From Saprospiraceae bacterium (GTDB lineage Bacteria; Bacteroidota; Bacteroidia; Chitinophagales; Saprospiraceae): a stretch of DNA of 25,081 nt. The notes under the pieces were generated by a model. That model ran no database searches and was not told the DNA's origin. It saw only the letters and a list, made by a program, of their open reading frames with translations. The DNA lies in assembly GCA_022763215.1 (NCBI GenBank), contig JALEHC010000221.1:1-25081 (forward strand). Direction: 5' to 3'. This document shows, piece by piece, positions 1-8,545 of this stretch; position 1 is the stretch's first letter; every line of letters begins with the position of its first letter. The translations under genes and the position numbers were made by a program.

Positions 1-1332
1 GGAAACAATGGCGACTTCACCTTTAATATTTCTGATGACAACGTTACAATGGTTGGCGGACAAGCTTGTGTTGAAGTATCTGTTGAAAACTTCACGGATA
101 TTCTGGGCTTGCAATTTAGTATCAACTATGATCCATCCATTTTGGAATTTGTCTCTGTCGGTAATTTTGGCCTTACAGGGCTTAATGAGAACCTAATGGG
201 GTTGCCGACAGGCGGAACACAAGAAGGCCAGATTACAGTGTCGTGGATAGACAACTCACTGGCAGGTGTAAGTTTATCAGATGGAACCGTCTTGTTTGAG
301 CTGTGTTTTAACACACTTGCAGGTGGTAGTTCGGAGGTTGAAATTAGTAACAACCCAACAAGTGTCCAGGTATTGGATAACAATGATAACGTACTTCCAT
401 ACAATGCAAATGCAGGTACCGTGAATGTGACCGGAGGTCCACCACCACCAATGGGAGATGATTTTACACTGATTATATCTGATGAGTTTGTTCAGACCAG
501 TGGAAGTTCGGTTTGTGTAGAAGTGACAACACAGAACTTTACCAATATTTTGGGGATGCAGTTTAGTGTAAACTATAATCCTTCAAAACTGACCTTCGAG
601 TCTGTGGGTAATTTTAATCTGGATGGATTGAATCAAAACCTAATGGGCTTACCAAATGGTAATGGTACACAAGCGGGTAATATTACAGTATCCTGGATTG
701 ATAATGCACTCGCTGGGATTACACTTCCTGATAATACAGTATTGTTTGAAATTTGCTTTACAGCAGATTTGACATCGGGTACCACTCCTGTGGAATTGTC
801 AAATACACCAACTTCTATTCAGATATTGGATAATAACGATGAGGTGTTGATGCCAACTTTGGTGGATGGTTCTGTATCAATTGGTAATCCTGGAGATGGA
901 TTAAAGATTGACATCGAAGATGCAACGGTATGTTCTGATGACAATGAAACCTTCTGTGTGGGTGTAACGGTGGAAGACTTTACCGATATTTTGGGAATGC
1001 AGTTTAGTATCGTCTATGATCCAACAGATTTGGAATACTCCTCTGTTGGCAACTTCAACCTAGATGGCTTGAACGCTAACTTAATGGGCTTGCCTGATGG
1101 CGGACCGACTAGCACGCAACCTGGGGTGATTACACTGTCGTGGATTGATAATGCGCTGTCTGGTGTGTCTTTGCCAGATGGAACTGAGATATTTGAAATA
1201 TGCTTTGAGCCGCTGGCTCCAGAAGGAACTACAAGCAATATTGAGTTTTCTAATATGCCGACTAGTATCCAGGTTATTGATATAAATGATGCACAAGTAC
1301 CATTTATTGATGAGCCCGGGGTGATTACTTTT
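1..1332 (+). other. Three tandem cohesin-like beta-sandwich modules (~145 aa each; unit 1 is truncated at the window edge) inside the SprB-like CDS. They are also visible as ~430-bp DNA-level tandem repeats.
   Basis: Three units share (V/F)CVEV(T/S)..NFT(D/N)ILG(M/L)QFS(I/V)NY(D/N)PS.L.F.SVGNF.L.GLN.NLMGLP....Q.G.IT(V/L)SWIDN.L.G..L.D.T.LFE(I/L)CF......S..E.SN.PTS.Q(V/I)LD.ND.V. This pattern (G..V.V.V....I.G.QF.i.YDP..L....V..G ... G.I...F.....LF.i.F.a ... i.d.nd....dG.V.Ig) parallels type I cohesin signatures. The units are separated by short Pro/Gly linkers (PPPP at 439-450). Confidence 0.5.
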
Positions 1333-4300
1333 GATTGTAATCAGTTTTCTGCTCCAGTTATTCAGGAGCCTGCGACGATTACCAACAATGACTGTTTTGG
1401 TGACATGGATGGTAGCATTAGCATCAGTGTGAATGGTGGTAGTGGTGACTTTTCATATGCATGGTCAAGCCCAGCGGGTGTAGGCAGTGTATCTATGATT
1501 GACAACTTGTCTGCTGGTAACTATACGGTAACGGTAACCGATAATATGTCTGGCCAGACGGCGATTAAAACTTATACGATTACTCAGCCAGCCACACCTG
1601 TAACAATTAATTCAATTGATGTAACAGATATTGTTTGTCCTGGTGAAAATTCAGGTGCTATCAGTGTGAACGCTTCCGGCGGTACAGGCACATTAAGCTA
1701 TAGCTGGACGCCAAATGCGCCTGCAACAGCAAGTATCACTAACCTTTCAGCAGGAGAATTTTATAGAGTAACCATTACGGATGCCAATGGATGTGAGGAA
1801 GTATCTTCCTTCATCGAAGTAGCAGAACCTGAGGCAATCGCTACAAATGCAGTTGTTACAGATATTGCTTGTAGTGGTGAAGCAAATGGTTCGATTGATA
1901 TTACGCCTTCCGGCGGAACGGGCTCCTTGTTTGTAGATTGGGATGTACTTCCTGATTTCCAAACTTCGCACTCAAACTTGAGTGCAGGTACTTATACCGT
2001 TACAATATCAGATGGAAATAACTGTGAATTGGTAGAATCCTTTGAAATTACAGATCCTGATCCAATTGTAATAAACGAACAGGTCCAAGATGTAGAATGT
2101 GCCGGCGACATGAATGGCTTTGTTAATTTGAACGTAAGTGGAGGTACTGCTTCCGCAGGATATTCAATCGACTGGGCTGATGCTGGATTAACGGACGATG
2201 AAGGAACACAAATGAACTTGGCAGCTGGTTCTTATGAAGTTACGATTACGGATGATAATAACTGTTCGATTGTAGAGGTAATTGATATAAACGAACCAAG
2301 TGCAATTGAACTAAATCCAACCGTTGAAAATGTGCTATGTGCTGGTGAAAACTCTGGTACTATTAGCCTTAATATTACAGGAGGTACTCCAAACCCTGAT
2401 TATGCCATCAACTGGGGAGGTCCTCTTCCTGATGGTCAGAGTATGCAAGCACAGTTGCCTGCGGGGACTTACCCTGTTACCGTGACGGACGGGAATGGTT
2501 GTGCAGAGATACAGAATATTACAGTGGAAGAGCCGAATGCTCCTATCATTGTTACTGCTATGGTAGAAGACATTGCCTGTGAAGGTGGGCCGACTGGTAG
2601 TATTAGCCTTAGCATAAGTGGTGGTACACCTGGTAATGCAGGATATTCGATTGACTGGGCAACCCTCACTGATGGTGAAATGATGCAGGAAAACCTGGAA
2701 GCAGGTAATTACACGGTAAGTGTAACTGATGAAAATGGCTGCGAAACAGTAGAGTCATTTGTTGTAAACTCTGACGCACCGATATTTATCAATGGTACTG
2801 TTGAAGATGTAAGTTGTGCCGGAGAAAGTGATGGTGGTATTTCAATTACCCTTGCTGGTGGCTCACAAAATTTTGATATTTCATGGGATGGACCAGGTGT
2901 TGATCCGCTGGAAGCTCAGCAAGTTAATCTGGGTGCAGGTGAATATACAATAACGGTCACAGATACACAGTCTGGTTGTGAAAAAATTGAAACATTTGAA
3001 GTGGCTGAACCAGGCGAGCTGGCTGCAACAGCTGATATCCAGAATGCAGCGTGTTTCGCGGAAGCGACAGGCTCTGTAGTGCTGGATGTTACAGGAGGTA
3101 CCGAAAACTATACCATCGATTGGAGTGGAGGTATTTCACAAAATGAAACAAATCCAAGTGGTTTGTTGGCTGATGATTATATGGTAACCATCACCGATGC
3201 CAATGGATGTACCCTTGAACAAACAATTACGGTAGGTGAAGCTGCTGAAATCTCAGTGATGGCTGATCTTACTAATATTAATTGTTCGGGTGATGAAACA
3301 GGTGCAATTAGTATCAGTATTTCAGGTGGTACACCAATGTACACTAGAGATTGGACGGACTTACCTGATAACTTAAATACACAAAACAACTTGGGCGCTG
3401 GTACCTATGAATTGGTAATTACTGATGCTAATGGTTGTAATGAAACAGTAAGCTTTGAACTGACAGAACCAGATCCAATTGAGCTGAATGAAGTTGTAGA
3501 ATACGTTGATTTGGGCAATGATGGCTCTGTTGATTTAAGTACAACAGGTGGGGTAGAGCCTTACACTTTCGAGTGGTCGGGGCCAAATACATTTAGCAGC
3601 TCCTCAGAAGATTTGACTAACCTGAATGATATAGGTGAATACTGCGTAACTGTTACCGATGCCAATGGTTGTGTTTACGAAGAATGCCTCGATGTCCGTC
3701 TAAGATTACAGTTTGGGTTTGAAACAATACAGTTTTCTTGTGGTGATCTTGATAATGGCTTAATTGACCTGGAAGTATTGGGGGGATTAGAACCATATAC
3801 CTTTGATTGGGATGTAACGGGGGCAGCTGACTCGCCATTGCTTGATGGTGTGGGCGCCGGTACTTATACCGTAACCGTTACGGATGCAGAAGGGACTCAA
3901 ATTACTGGAACTTTTGAAGTTGGTGAATATCCTGGTTTGGTGGTTTCTGAGACATTGACTCCAGCTCAAGGTTTGGTTAATAACTTTAATGGAGCTATCA
4001 ATCTAAATATTTCAGGAGGTGCACAGCCATATGATATTATTTGGGACAATGGCTTTACAACAGCTAATATCAGCGGTCTTCAAGCCGGTACTTACTGTGT
4101 GACGATTACCGATGCCAATGGCTGTACGTTCGAAGAATGTTACATTATCGAATTCATTCCGGATGAACTTGAAATTGAAGAATCCATTGCCATTGAGGCA
4201 AATTGTTCTGGTGATGATAATGGTCGTTTGTTGATTACAGTATATGGCGGTATTCCACCTTATACTATGACGATTAACATTAATGGTACGGATGAAGTCA

Positions 4301-5907
4301 TTACGAGTGTGAACCGTGAATTTGAAATTGAAGGTCTTGCAGCTGGTAGTTATAGCTACACTGTTGTAGATGGAAATGGCGACATGGTAGCTGGATCGGA
4401 AACGGTAGAAGAACCAGATCCACTGACTTTGCAAGGATTTAACGTACGACACGATACGGAATTGACAGGACCTGGAATTGGTACTGGCCGTATTCAATTG
4501 AATATTCAAGGTGGTACACCAAACTATTCAGTAACATGGTTGGGTACGCCATTACAAGGGCCAACTATTATTTCTTTGGACTCTGAAATTTATACACCTC
4601 AAGTAGTAGATAGCAGAGGTTGTACTATCATTTTCCCAGAGATAGAAGTTGAAGAATTTGCGATTGACCTGGAAGGTACGCCAGCTGTATGTACAGGTGA
4701 TGAAAATGGTGCTGTTGACCTTGTTATTACGGATGGAGACATGCCGTATACCTTCAGCTGGGAGCTAGAAAATGGAGGTACAGCAACTACAGAAGATATC
4801 AATAACCTGCCAGCCGGTACTTATACGGTTACCGTTACCGAAAATTCTGGTAATACATTGGTTGAAAACATTACTATTGGTACGCAATCAAACTTACAAT
4901 TGGAAGCAGAAGTTGCAACCAACTATAATGGATTTGATGTAAGCTGTGCTGATAGTGCGGATGGTGAAGTAAGTGCAAATGCAATCTTTAATGGTGCTGC
5001 TTGTACCGATTGTGATTACGAATGGGTCTTGGAGGGTGAGCTATTAGGCGTAAATCAGACCCTTACAGATGCTCGACCAGGTACCTATGAACTGACGGTT
5101 ATCGATCCGTTGATGTGTGAAAATATACAAGAAGTTGTTTTGGTCGCTCCAGATCCACTTGTATTAAACTCAAACATTCAGGAAGTGGCTTGTCCAGGCG
5201 ATCGCAATGGTGTCATTACGGTTATGGTAACTGGTGGCGTTGGAGGTTTCTTTGATTATGATTGGAGTAACGGAAGTAGCACTTTCCAAAATGCAAATCT
5301 ATCTTCTGGTACATATGCCTTGACCGTAAGTGATGATAACAACTGTGAAGTTTCTGATTTATTCGAATTAGTTGATCCGGCTCCATTAGAAATCAACTTA
5401 CAAATAGAAAACGATACGGACCCTGAAGGTTGTAATGGTTCTGTTTGGGCCGTTGTAAATGGTGGTTTCCCGCCATATACCTATGATTGGAGCACCCTGG
5501 AGGTTGACGAAACGCAGGCATTAGTTGAAAGTGTATGCCCTGGTGCTTATGTCGTTTCAGTAACAGATGTAAGAGGATGTACTCAAGTATCTACGGTCGG
5601 AAATGTATTGAATCGTTCCTTTGATTGTTTGGAAGAACGTATCGTTATCACACCTGACGGGAATGGTTCAAATGATGAGTTCATTATTAACTGTATCGAA
5701 GAATTGATGGAAAATCATCTGGAAGTTTACAACAGATGGGGACAATTGGTATTCGAAACAGATAATTATGACAATACTTGGGAAGGTACTTCTCAGAATG
5801 GAGATGTGCTTCCGGAAGGTCCATATTTCTTTGTATTGGATTATAGAGATCCGATTACTAATGAGATGACACAGTACAGAGGTTCAATGACAATTTTGAA
5901 AGAATAA
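1..5907 (+). CDS. SprB-like giant cell-surface gliding adhesin, 5'-truncated by the window edge (frame 1 is open from nt 1; >=1968 aa in window). It has cohesin-like modules, ~18 SprB-type repeats and a T9SS type B C-terminal domain.
   Basis: One uninterrupted ORF to the TAA at 5905-5907. The reading frame is open from nt 1, and the first ATG at 49 lies inside repeat unit 1, so the gene starts upstream of the window. Recurrent ~80-100 aa units carry the motifs C.G..(N/D)G.I and GG(T/S)..Y...W, typical of SprB repeats from Flavobacterium gliding adhesins. The C-terminal ~98 aa (ITPDGNGSNDEFIIN...YNRWGQLVFE...W.G...G..LP.G.YFF.L) match the gliding-motility-associated (T9SS type B) CTD. Confidence 0.9.
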   Translation, partial: GNNGDFTFNISDDNVTMVGGQACVEVSVENFTDILGLQFSINYDPSILEFVSVGNFGLTGLNENLMGLPTGGTQEGQITVSWIDNSLAGVSLSDGTVLFELCFNTLAGGSSEVEISNNPTSVQVLDNNDNVLPYNANAGTVNVTGGPPPPMGDDFTLIISDEFVQTSGSSVCVEVTTQNFTNILGMQFSVNYNPSKLTFESVGNFNLDGLNQNLMGLPNGNGTQAGNITVSWIDNALAGITLPDNTVLFEICFTADLTSGTTPVELSNTPTSIQILDNNDEVLMPTLVDGSVSIGNPGDGLKIDIEDATVCSDDNETFCVGVTVEDFTDILGMQFSIVYDPTDLEYSSVGNFNLDGLNANLMGLPDGGPTSTQPGVITLSWIDNALSGVSLPDGTEIFEICFEPLAPEGTTSNIEFSNMPTSIQVIDINDAQVPFIDEPGVITFDCNQFSAPVIQEPATITNNDCFGDMDGSISISVNGGSGDFSYAWSSPAGVGSVSMIDNLSAGNYTVTVTDNMSGQTAIKTYTITQPATPVTINSIDVTDIVCPGENSGAISVNASGGTGTLSYSWTPNAPATASITNLSAGEFYRVTITDANGCEEVSSFIEVAEPEAIATNAVVTDIACSGEANGSIDITPSGGTGSLFVDWDVLPDFQTSHSNLSAGTYTVTISDGNNCELVESFEITDPDPIVINEQVQDVECAGDMNGFVNLNVSGGTASAGYSIDWADAGLTDDEGTQMNLAAGSYEVTITDDNNCSIVEVIDINEPSAIELNPTVENVLCAGENSGTISLNITGGTPNPDYAINWGGPLPDGQSMQAQLPAGTYPVTVTDGNGCAEIQNITVEEPNAPIIVTAMVEDIACEGGPTGSISLSISGGTPGNAGYSIDWATLTDGEMMQENLEAGNYTVSVTDENGCETVESFVVNSDAPIFINGTVEDVSCAGESDGGISITLAGGSQNFDISWDGPGVDPLEAQQVNLGAGEYTITVTDTQSGCEKIETFEVAEPGELAATADIQNAACFAEATGSVVLDVTGGTENYTIDWSGGISQNETNPSGLLADDYMVTITDANGCTLEQTITVGEAAEISVMADLTNINCSGDETGAISISISGGTPMYTRDWTDLPDNLNTQNNLGAGTYELVITDANGCNETVSFELTEPDPIELNEVVEYVDLGNDGSVDLSTTGGVEPYTFEWSGPNTFSSSSEDLTNLNDIGEYCVTVTDANGCVYEECLDVRLRLQFGFETIQFSCGDLDNGLIDLEVLGGLEPYTFDWDVTGAADSPLLDGVGAGTYTVTVTDAEGTQITGTFEVGEYPGLVVSETLTPAQGLVNNFNGAINLNISGGAQPYDIIWDNGFTTANISGLQAGTYCVTITDANGCTFEECYIIEFIPDELEIEESIAIEANCSGDDNGRLLITVYGGIPPYTMTININGTDEVITSVNREFEIEGLAAGSYSYTVVDGNGDMVAGSETVEEPDPLTLQGFNVRHDTELTGPGIGTGRIQLNIQGGTPNYSVTWLGTPLQGPTIISLDSEIYTPQVVDSRGCTIIFPEIEVEEFAIDLEGTPAVCTGDENGAVDLVITDGDMPYTFSWELENGGTATTEDINNLPAGTYTVTVTENSGNTLVENITIGTQSNLQLEAEVATNYNGFDVSCADSADGEVSANAIFNGAACTDCDYEWVLEGELLGVNQTLTDARPGTYELTVIDPLMCENIQEVVLVAPDPLVLNSNIQEVACPGDRNGVITVMVTGGVGGFFDYDWSNGSSTFQNANLSSGTYALTVSDDNNCEVSDLFELVDPAPLEINLQIENDTDPEGCNGSVWAVVNGGFPPYTYDWSTLEVDETQALVESVCPGAYVVSVTDVRGCTQVSTVGNVLNRSFDCLEERIVITPDGNGSNDEFIINCIEELMENHLEVYNRWGQLVFETDNYDNTWEGTSQNGDVLPEGPYFFVLDYRDPITNEMTQYRGSMTILKE
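1369..5610 (+). repeat. About 18 tandem SprB-type repeat units (protein-coding) forming the stalk of the adhesin.
   Basis: Counted GG..(P)Y...W motifs, e.g. SVNGGSGDFSYAWSS, SGGTGTLSYSWTP, GGTENYTIDWSG, GGVEPYTFEWSG, GGLEPYTFDWDV, GGAQPYDIIWDN, GGFPPYTYDWST. Each is preceded by a C.G...G.I segment and followed by a (Y/T)TVT(V/I)TD.NGC strand. Confidence 0.7.
5611..5904 (+). other. T9SS type B C-terminal sorting domain (gliding motility-associated CTD, TIGR04131-like).
   Basis: NRSFDCLEERIVITPDGNGSNDEFIINCIEEL..LEVYNRWGQLVFETDNYDNTWEGTSQNGDVLPEGPYFFVLDYRD.....YRGSMTILKE matches the consensus FTPNGDG.ND.F.I.G......L.I.NRWG..V.E...Y.N.W.G...G..LP.GTY.Y... Confidence 0.85.
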
Positions 5908-5919
5908 ACAAATATCTAT

Positions 5920-5959
5920 GTGTATCCATCTTCGCATGCAGAAGGTGGGTACACTTTTT
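5920..5959 (+). terminator. Intrinsic terminator/attenuator immediately after the SprB-like gene and before PorP/SprF.
   Basis: A 14-bp stem, 5920-5933 paired with 5941-5954, including two G.U pairs, with loop GCATGCA, followed by TTTTT at 5955-5959. Confidence 0.55.
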
Positions 5960-6009
5960 AATAATCCCTGAGCATACGGCTTTCGCCAAATGCTGTAACC
6001 GATTTTATT

Positions 6010-6987
6010 ATGAAAAAGATACTTCTACTTTTAATTTCTATAACGGCATGCTTTTCCCTGGCTGCACAGGATGAAGCAATTTTTAATCAGTATCACATCA
6101 ATCCGATCTTGGTAAACCCTGCTTATGCTGGTTTTGAGCGTACTCCTAAAGCAGGTGGTATTGGGTTTTCTGATGATGATTTTAACGGAGTGCATATTTT
6201 ACAAGCAAACTACCGCGGGCAGTGGTCTGGGTTTGATGGTGCGCCTAAAACATATATGTTGTCTTACCATGGCCCAATTAGTAATACTTTTGGTCTGGGG
6301 GTAAGCCTTGGTTCTGAAACAGCTGCACAAATGCGCCGTTTCAAAGGTCAATTGAATATGGCGTTCCGCTTTCCTATCAAGGATAATTTCAGATTGACGA
6401 TTGGCCCTTCTTTGGAGGTTCAGCAAATGACTGTTGATAATGGCGTTGTAGACGATCCGTTCTATATTCCTTCTGATGAAACCCTGGAAGAGTTTATTAA
6501 CGGTAAGCGAGAATTTGATGCATCCTTAGGTATTATGGGAGAAATCAAGCAAAATACTTTGATTGGTTTGTCTTTTGCCAACTTGGTTCGTGCGCGTTTA
6601 GATAATATTTCTGACGATCAGCAAGAATCTTTCTTTTCTTATTACACTTTCTTTGCAAGACATCGATTCCAGGTAGCAGGGCCAGATTTTGAGTTGGTTC
6701 CGTCTATGATGATTCGTCAGTTAAGAGATGCACCTTTCCAAATTGATTTTAATTTGATGGCCAATTTTATGGTCGGAGAAAATAAAGACAATAGATTATC
6801 AGCTGGTCTATCCTATCGCTTTGGTGATTTGGGGGTACTATTAGGGTTTAATGTGTTCAATATTGATGTTTATTATGGATATGACGTTTCTTTCCGTCGA
6901 TTCCAGAAATTTAACATGGGTTCACACGAAATTACTATTGCTTATAAGCTGGTAAAAAAGAAAAGCGCTAATAAAGCGCAGCAATAA
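6010..6987 (+). CDS. Type IX secretion system outer-membrane protein, PorP/SprF family.
   Basis: A 325-aa ORF with ATG at 6010 and an N-terminal signal peptide (MKKILLLLISITACFSLAAQ). The family-typical N-terminal motif FNQY.INP.LVNPAYAGF follows. The size and beta-rich composition fit a beta-barrel. The gene sits immediately downstream of a type B CTD protein gene, which is the canonical sprB-sprF arrangement. Confidence 0.85.
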   Translation: MKKILLLLISITACFSLAAQDEAIFNQYHINPILVNPAYAGFERTPKAGGIGFSDDDFNGVHILQANYRGQWSGFDGAPKTYMLSYHGPISNTFGLGVSLGSETAAQMRRFKGQLNMAFRFPIKDNFRLTIGPSLEVQQMTVDNGVVDDPFYIPSDETLEEFINGKREFDASLGIMGEIKQNTLIGLSFANLVRARLDNISDDQQESFFSYYTFFARHRFQVAGPDFELVPSMMIRQLRDAPFQIDFNLMANFMVGENKDNRLSAGLSYRFGDLGVLLGFNVFNIDVYYGYDVSFRRFQKFNMGSHEITIAYKLVKKKSANKAQQ

Positions 6988-7010
6988 AAGATGTCCAATA
7001 ACAATTGGTA

Positions 7011-7060
7011 TTTGGGATGGCCTTCTTTCACTTGTGGAAGAAGGCTTTTTTTGTTTTTTT
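7011..7060 (+). terminator. Rho-independent terminator of the PorP/SprF gene. It is copy 1 of the TTTGGGATGGCC-hairpin repeat family.
   Basis: Stem GCCTTCTTTC (7020-7029) pairs with GGAAGAAGGC (7036-7045). The loop is 6 nt. A long T-tract follows at 7046-7060. Confidence 0.7.
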
Positions 7061-7597
7061 TGAATAAAAAATGAAGGTTGGAATGTTTTGGCACGGTACT
7101 TGCTGTATAGAAGGTGTATTAGAGAAAACAAATTAAGACGACCAGGAAAATTCAAACATGCTATGAGAAGTTTAGGCAAATAGAGTGCCAAAGTCAAAAA
7201 TGATTGACTAACTCTTACTCATATCCTAGGCTTCCGCTTCAACCATCTGCTTTTGCAGATCCTGCATTTTCTCGGCTTCTTACTTTGAATTGAAAGTTTG
7301 ACATTCAACTATTTTATAGTATTTGAATAGTACAGGTGAATTGAATAGTTCATCAATATTTTTCATTGTTGGTAGGTTAAATATACCTCCGGCAACAATC
7401 ACTTGTACATCGTCTTGGGTAGTCGTGCCATAAGAAATCGTGATGTATGAATATTGCCCAAGCACTAAATTGAATTTTGGTGTAGTTATTATAGTTGAGC
7501 CTATCGTATTCCGCCGAGTAGGAAGGAATCGCCTCTCCCAAATATTGGGAGAGGGAATAGGTTTTACCGATAACTACCTTACCCCCAATTTTTTGAA

Positions 7598-7645
7598 TAC
7601 CCTTTTAGGTGGTAAAATACCCCTAAAAGGGTATTTCTATTTTAA
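7598..7645 (+). terminator. Orphan terminator-like hairpin in a gene-free region.
   Basis: A perfect 12-bp stem, TACCCTTTTAGG (7598-7609) with CCTAAAAGGGTA (7622-7633). Inner GGTA/TACC pairing is also possible. TTTCTATTTT follows. No plus-strand CDS lies upstream within 600 nt. Confidence 0.4.
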
Positions 7646-8012
7646 ATAAATATGATATCTTTGTATATGTCTACGATAGTAGATTCTTTTCAAAAGAGCT
7701 TCCAATAATCCGCAAATAGCGGTCATACCAATCAAAAAATTCAGGGGAATATAATTTCATATCCCTATATGGTTCTTCAATAAAAAGTAGAGCCATTGAA
7801 ACCTTTATTTTTTCTATCCGTATACTGACTTAATGCATGCAAATAGTGCATGTTTTCAAGCCTCAATTTGAATGGCTTGCCTGTTTGATGGTTTTGTAGA
7901 GAATGTGAAGACGTGTAAAAAACAGGATTATAAATGACCTTATTTTATGGGCAATTATAAATTAAGGCGATTGGATTGTATGTGATTCACAAGAACCGTT
8001 TTCAAGTTATAC

Positions 8013-8540
8013 TTAAATCGGTTTTTGGGATGGCCTCTCTCCTAGGCAGACTGGAGGGGGGCTTTTTATTTTTTCTATATTTTGATATTCTTTTTCTTTT
8101 GGGGGCTCGGGGGCCAATATGCCGCTGGCCATGATTAATACGCCGATTCCGCCCAGAATACTTGCCATTAAGGTTGGCGATAATGAAAAATGCCAATTAT
8201 CTTCTCTTTTCCTTCCATAATGAAAGGCCAATAATAAAATGAAGGATGCAAATCCTGCAATTAACCAGGCTGTTTTTTCCACTATAGTTTTTTGAGTTTT
8301 GCTTTTCAGCAAATGATAATCTTTCGCATGAGCAGGCACCTGACTGCGATTGTTTTCATCTACGCTGTTTATGTTGCTCTTCCTAATTTTGGAGCGGAGA
8401 CAGCTTTCGCTATCTCCGCAAGTACAAACCAGGCTTTTACCTGGAAAAATTGAATTATTTGTTGATATGTTGCCAGCCAATATCGTATAGGCATAGATTG
8501 TGATGAGCAGACAACAGATCAACGGTTTATTTATAATCAT
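8013..8540 (-). CDS. Small membrane protein of unknown function. It has an N-terminal hydrophobic anchor, a CTCGDSESC cysteine cluster and two predicted TM helices.
   Basis: ATG at 8540 (complement) lies 5 nt after the stop of the upstream gene, suggesting an operon. The hydrophobic segments are LICCLLITIYAYTILAG, AWLIAGFASFILLLAFHY and LMASILGGIGVLIMASGILA. The last ~20 codons are encoded by the reverse complement of a hairpin repeat (8021-8076), so the true C-terminus is uncertain. Confidence 0.5.
   Translation of the reverse strand: MIINKPLICCLLITIYAYTILAGNISTNNSIFPGKSLVCTCGDSESCLRSKIRKSNINSVDENNRSQVPAHAKDYHLLKSKTQKTIVEKTAWLIAGFASFILLLAFHYGRKREDNWHFSLSPTLMASILGGIGVLIMASGILAPEPPKEKEYQNIEKIKSPPPVCLGERPSQKPI
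8021..8076 (+). repeat. Copy 2 of the TTTGGGATGGCCTCTCTCC ... GGNGGGGGGC-T-run hairpin, a terminator-like repeat.
   Basis: GCCTCTCTCC (8033-8042) pairs with GGAGGGGGGC (8053-8062); the stem forms in RNA using G.U pairs. TTTTTATTTTTT follows. The first 21 nt are near-identical to copies at 7011 and 17831. Confidence 0.5.
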
Positions 8541-8545
8541 GAGCT

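Noticed and set aside
4012-4509. 165-aa minus-strand ORF inside the SprB-like gene, and similar ORFs at 126-404, 1014-1296, 1747-1971, 2469-2669, 3177-3389, 3653-3969 and 4599-4802.
   Set aside because: They are antisense to a continuous 5.9-kb CDS with clear domain structure. Their products are low-complexity (rich in Ile/Asn/Ser/Thr), have no start context and no homology signal. They are typical shadow ORFs.
7280-7465. 61-aa minus-strand ORF (…YGTTTQDDVQVIVAGGIFNLPTMKNIDELF…) that looks vaguely protein-like; possible gene fragment or pseudogene.
   Set aside because: It uses a GTG start, is short and has no identifiable family. It sits in a hairpin-rich non-coding stretch. This is insufficient evidence to call a pseudogene.
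7440-7649. 69-aa plus-strand ORF ending at the orphan terminator.
   Set aside because: It has a GTG start, and its translation runs through two hairpin structures (the EGIGF and GYFYFK segments are encoded by the stems). The composition is implausible.
8002-8196. 64-aa minus-strand ORF overlapping the 3' end of the 8013-8540 gene (Arg/Lys-rich).
   Set aside because: It is in an alternative frame over the hairpin repeat and the neighbouring CDS. It is highly basic and low complexity, consistent with a frame artefact.
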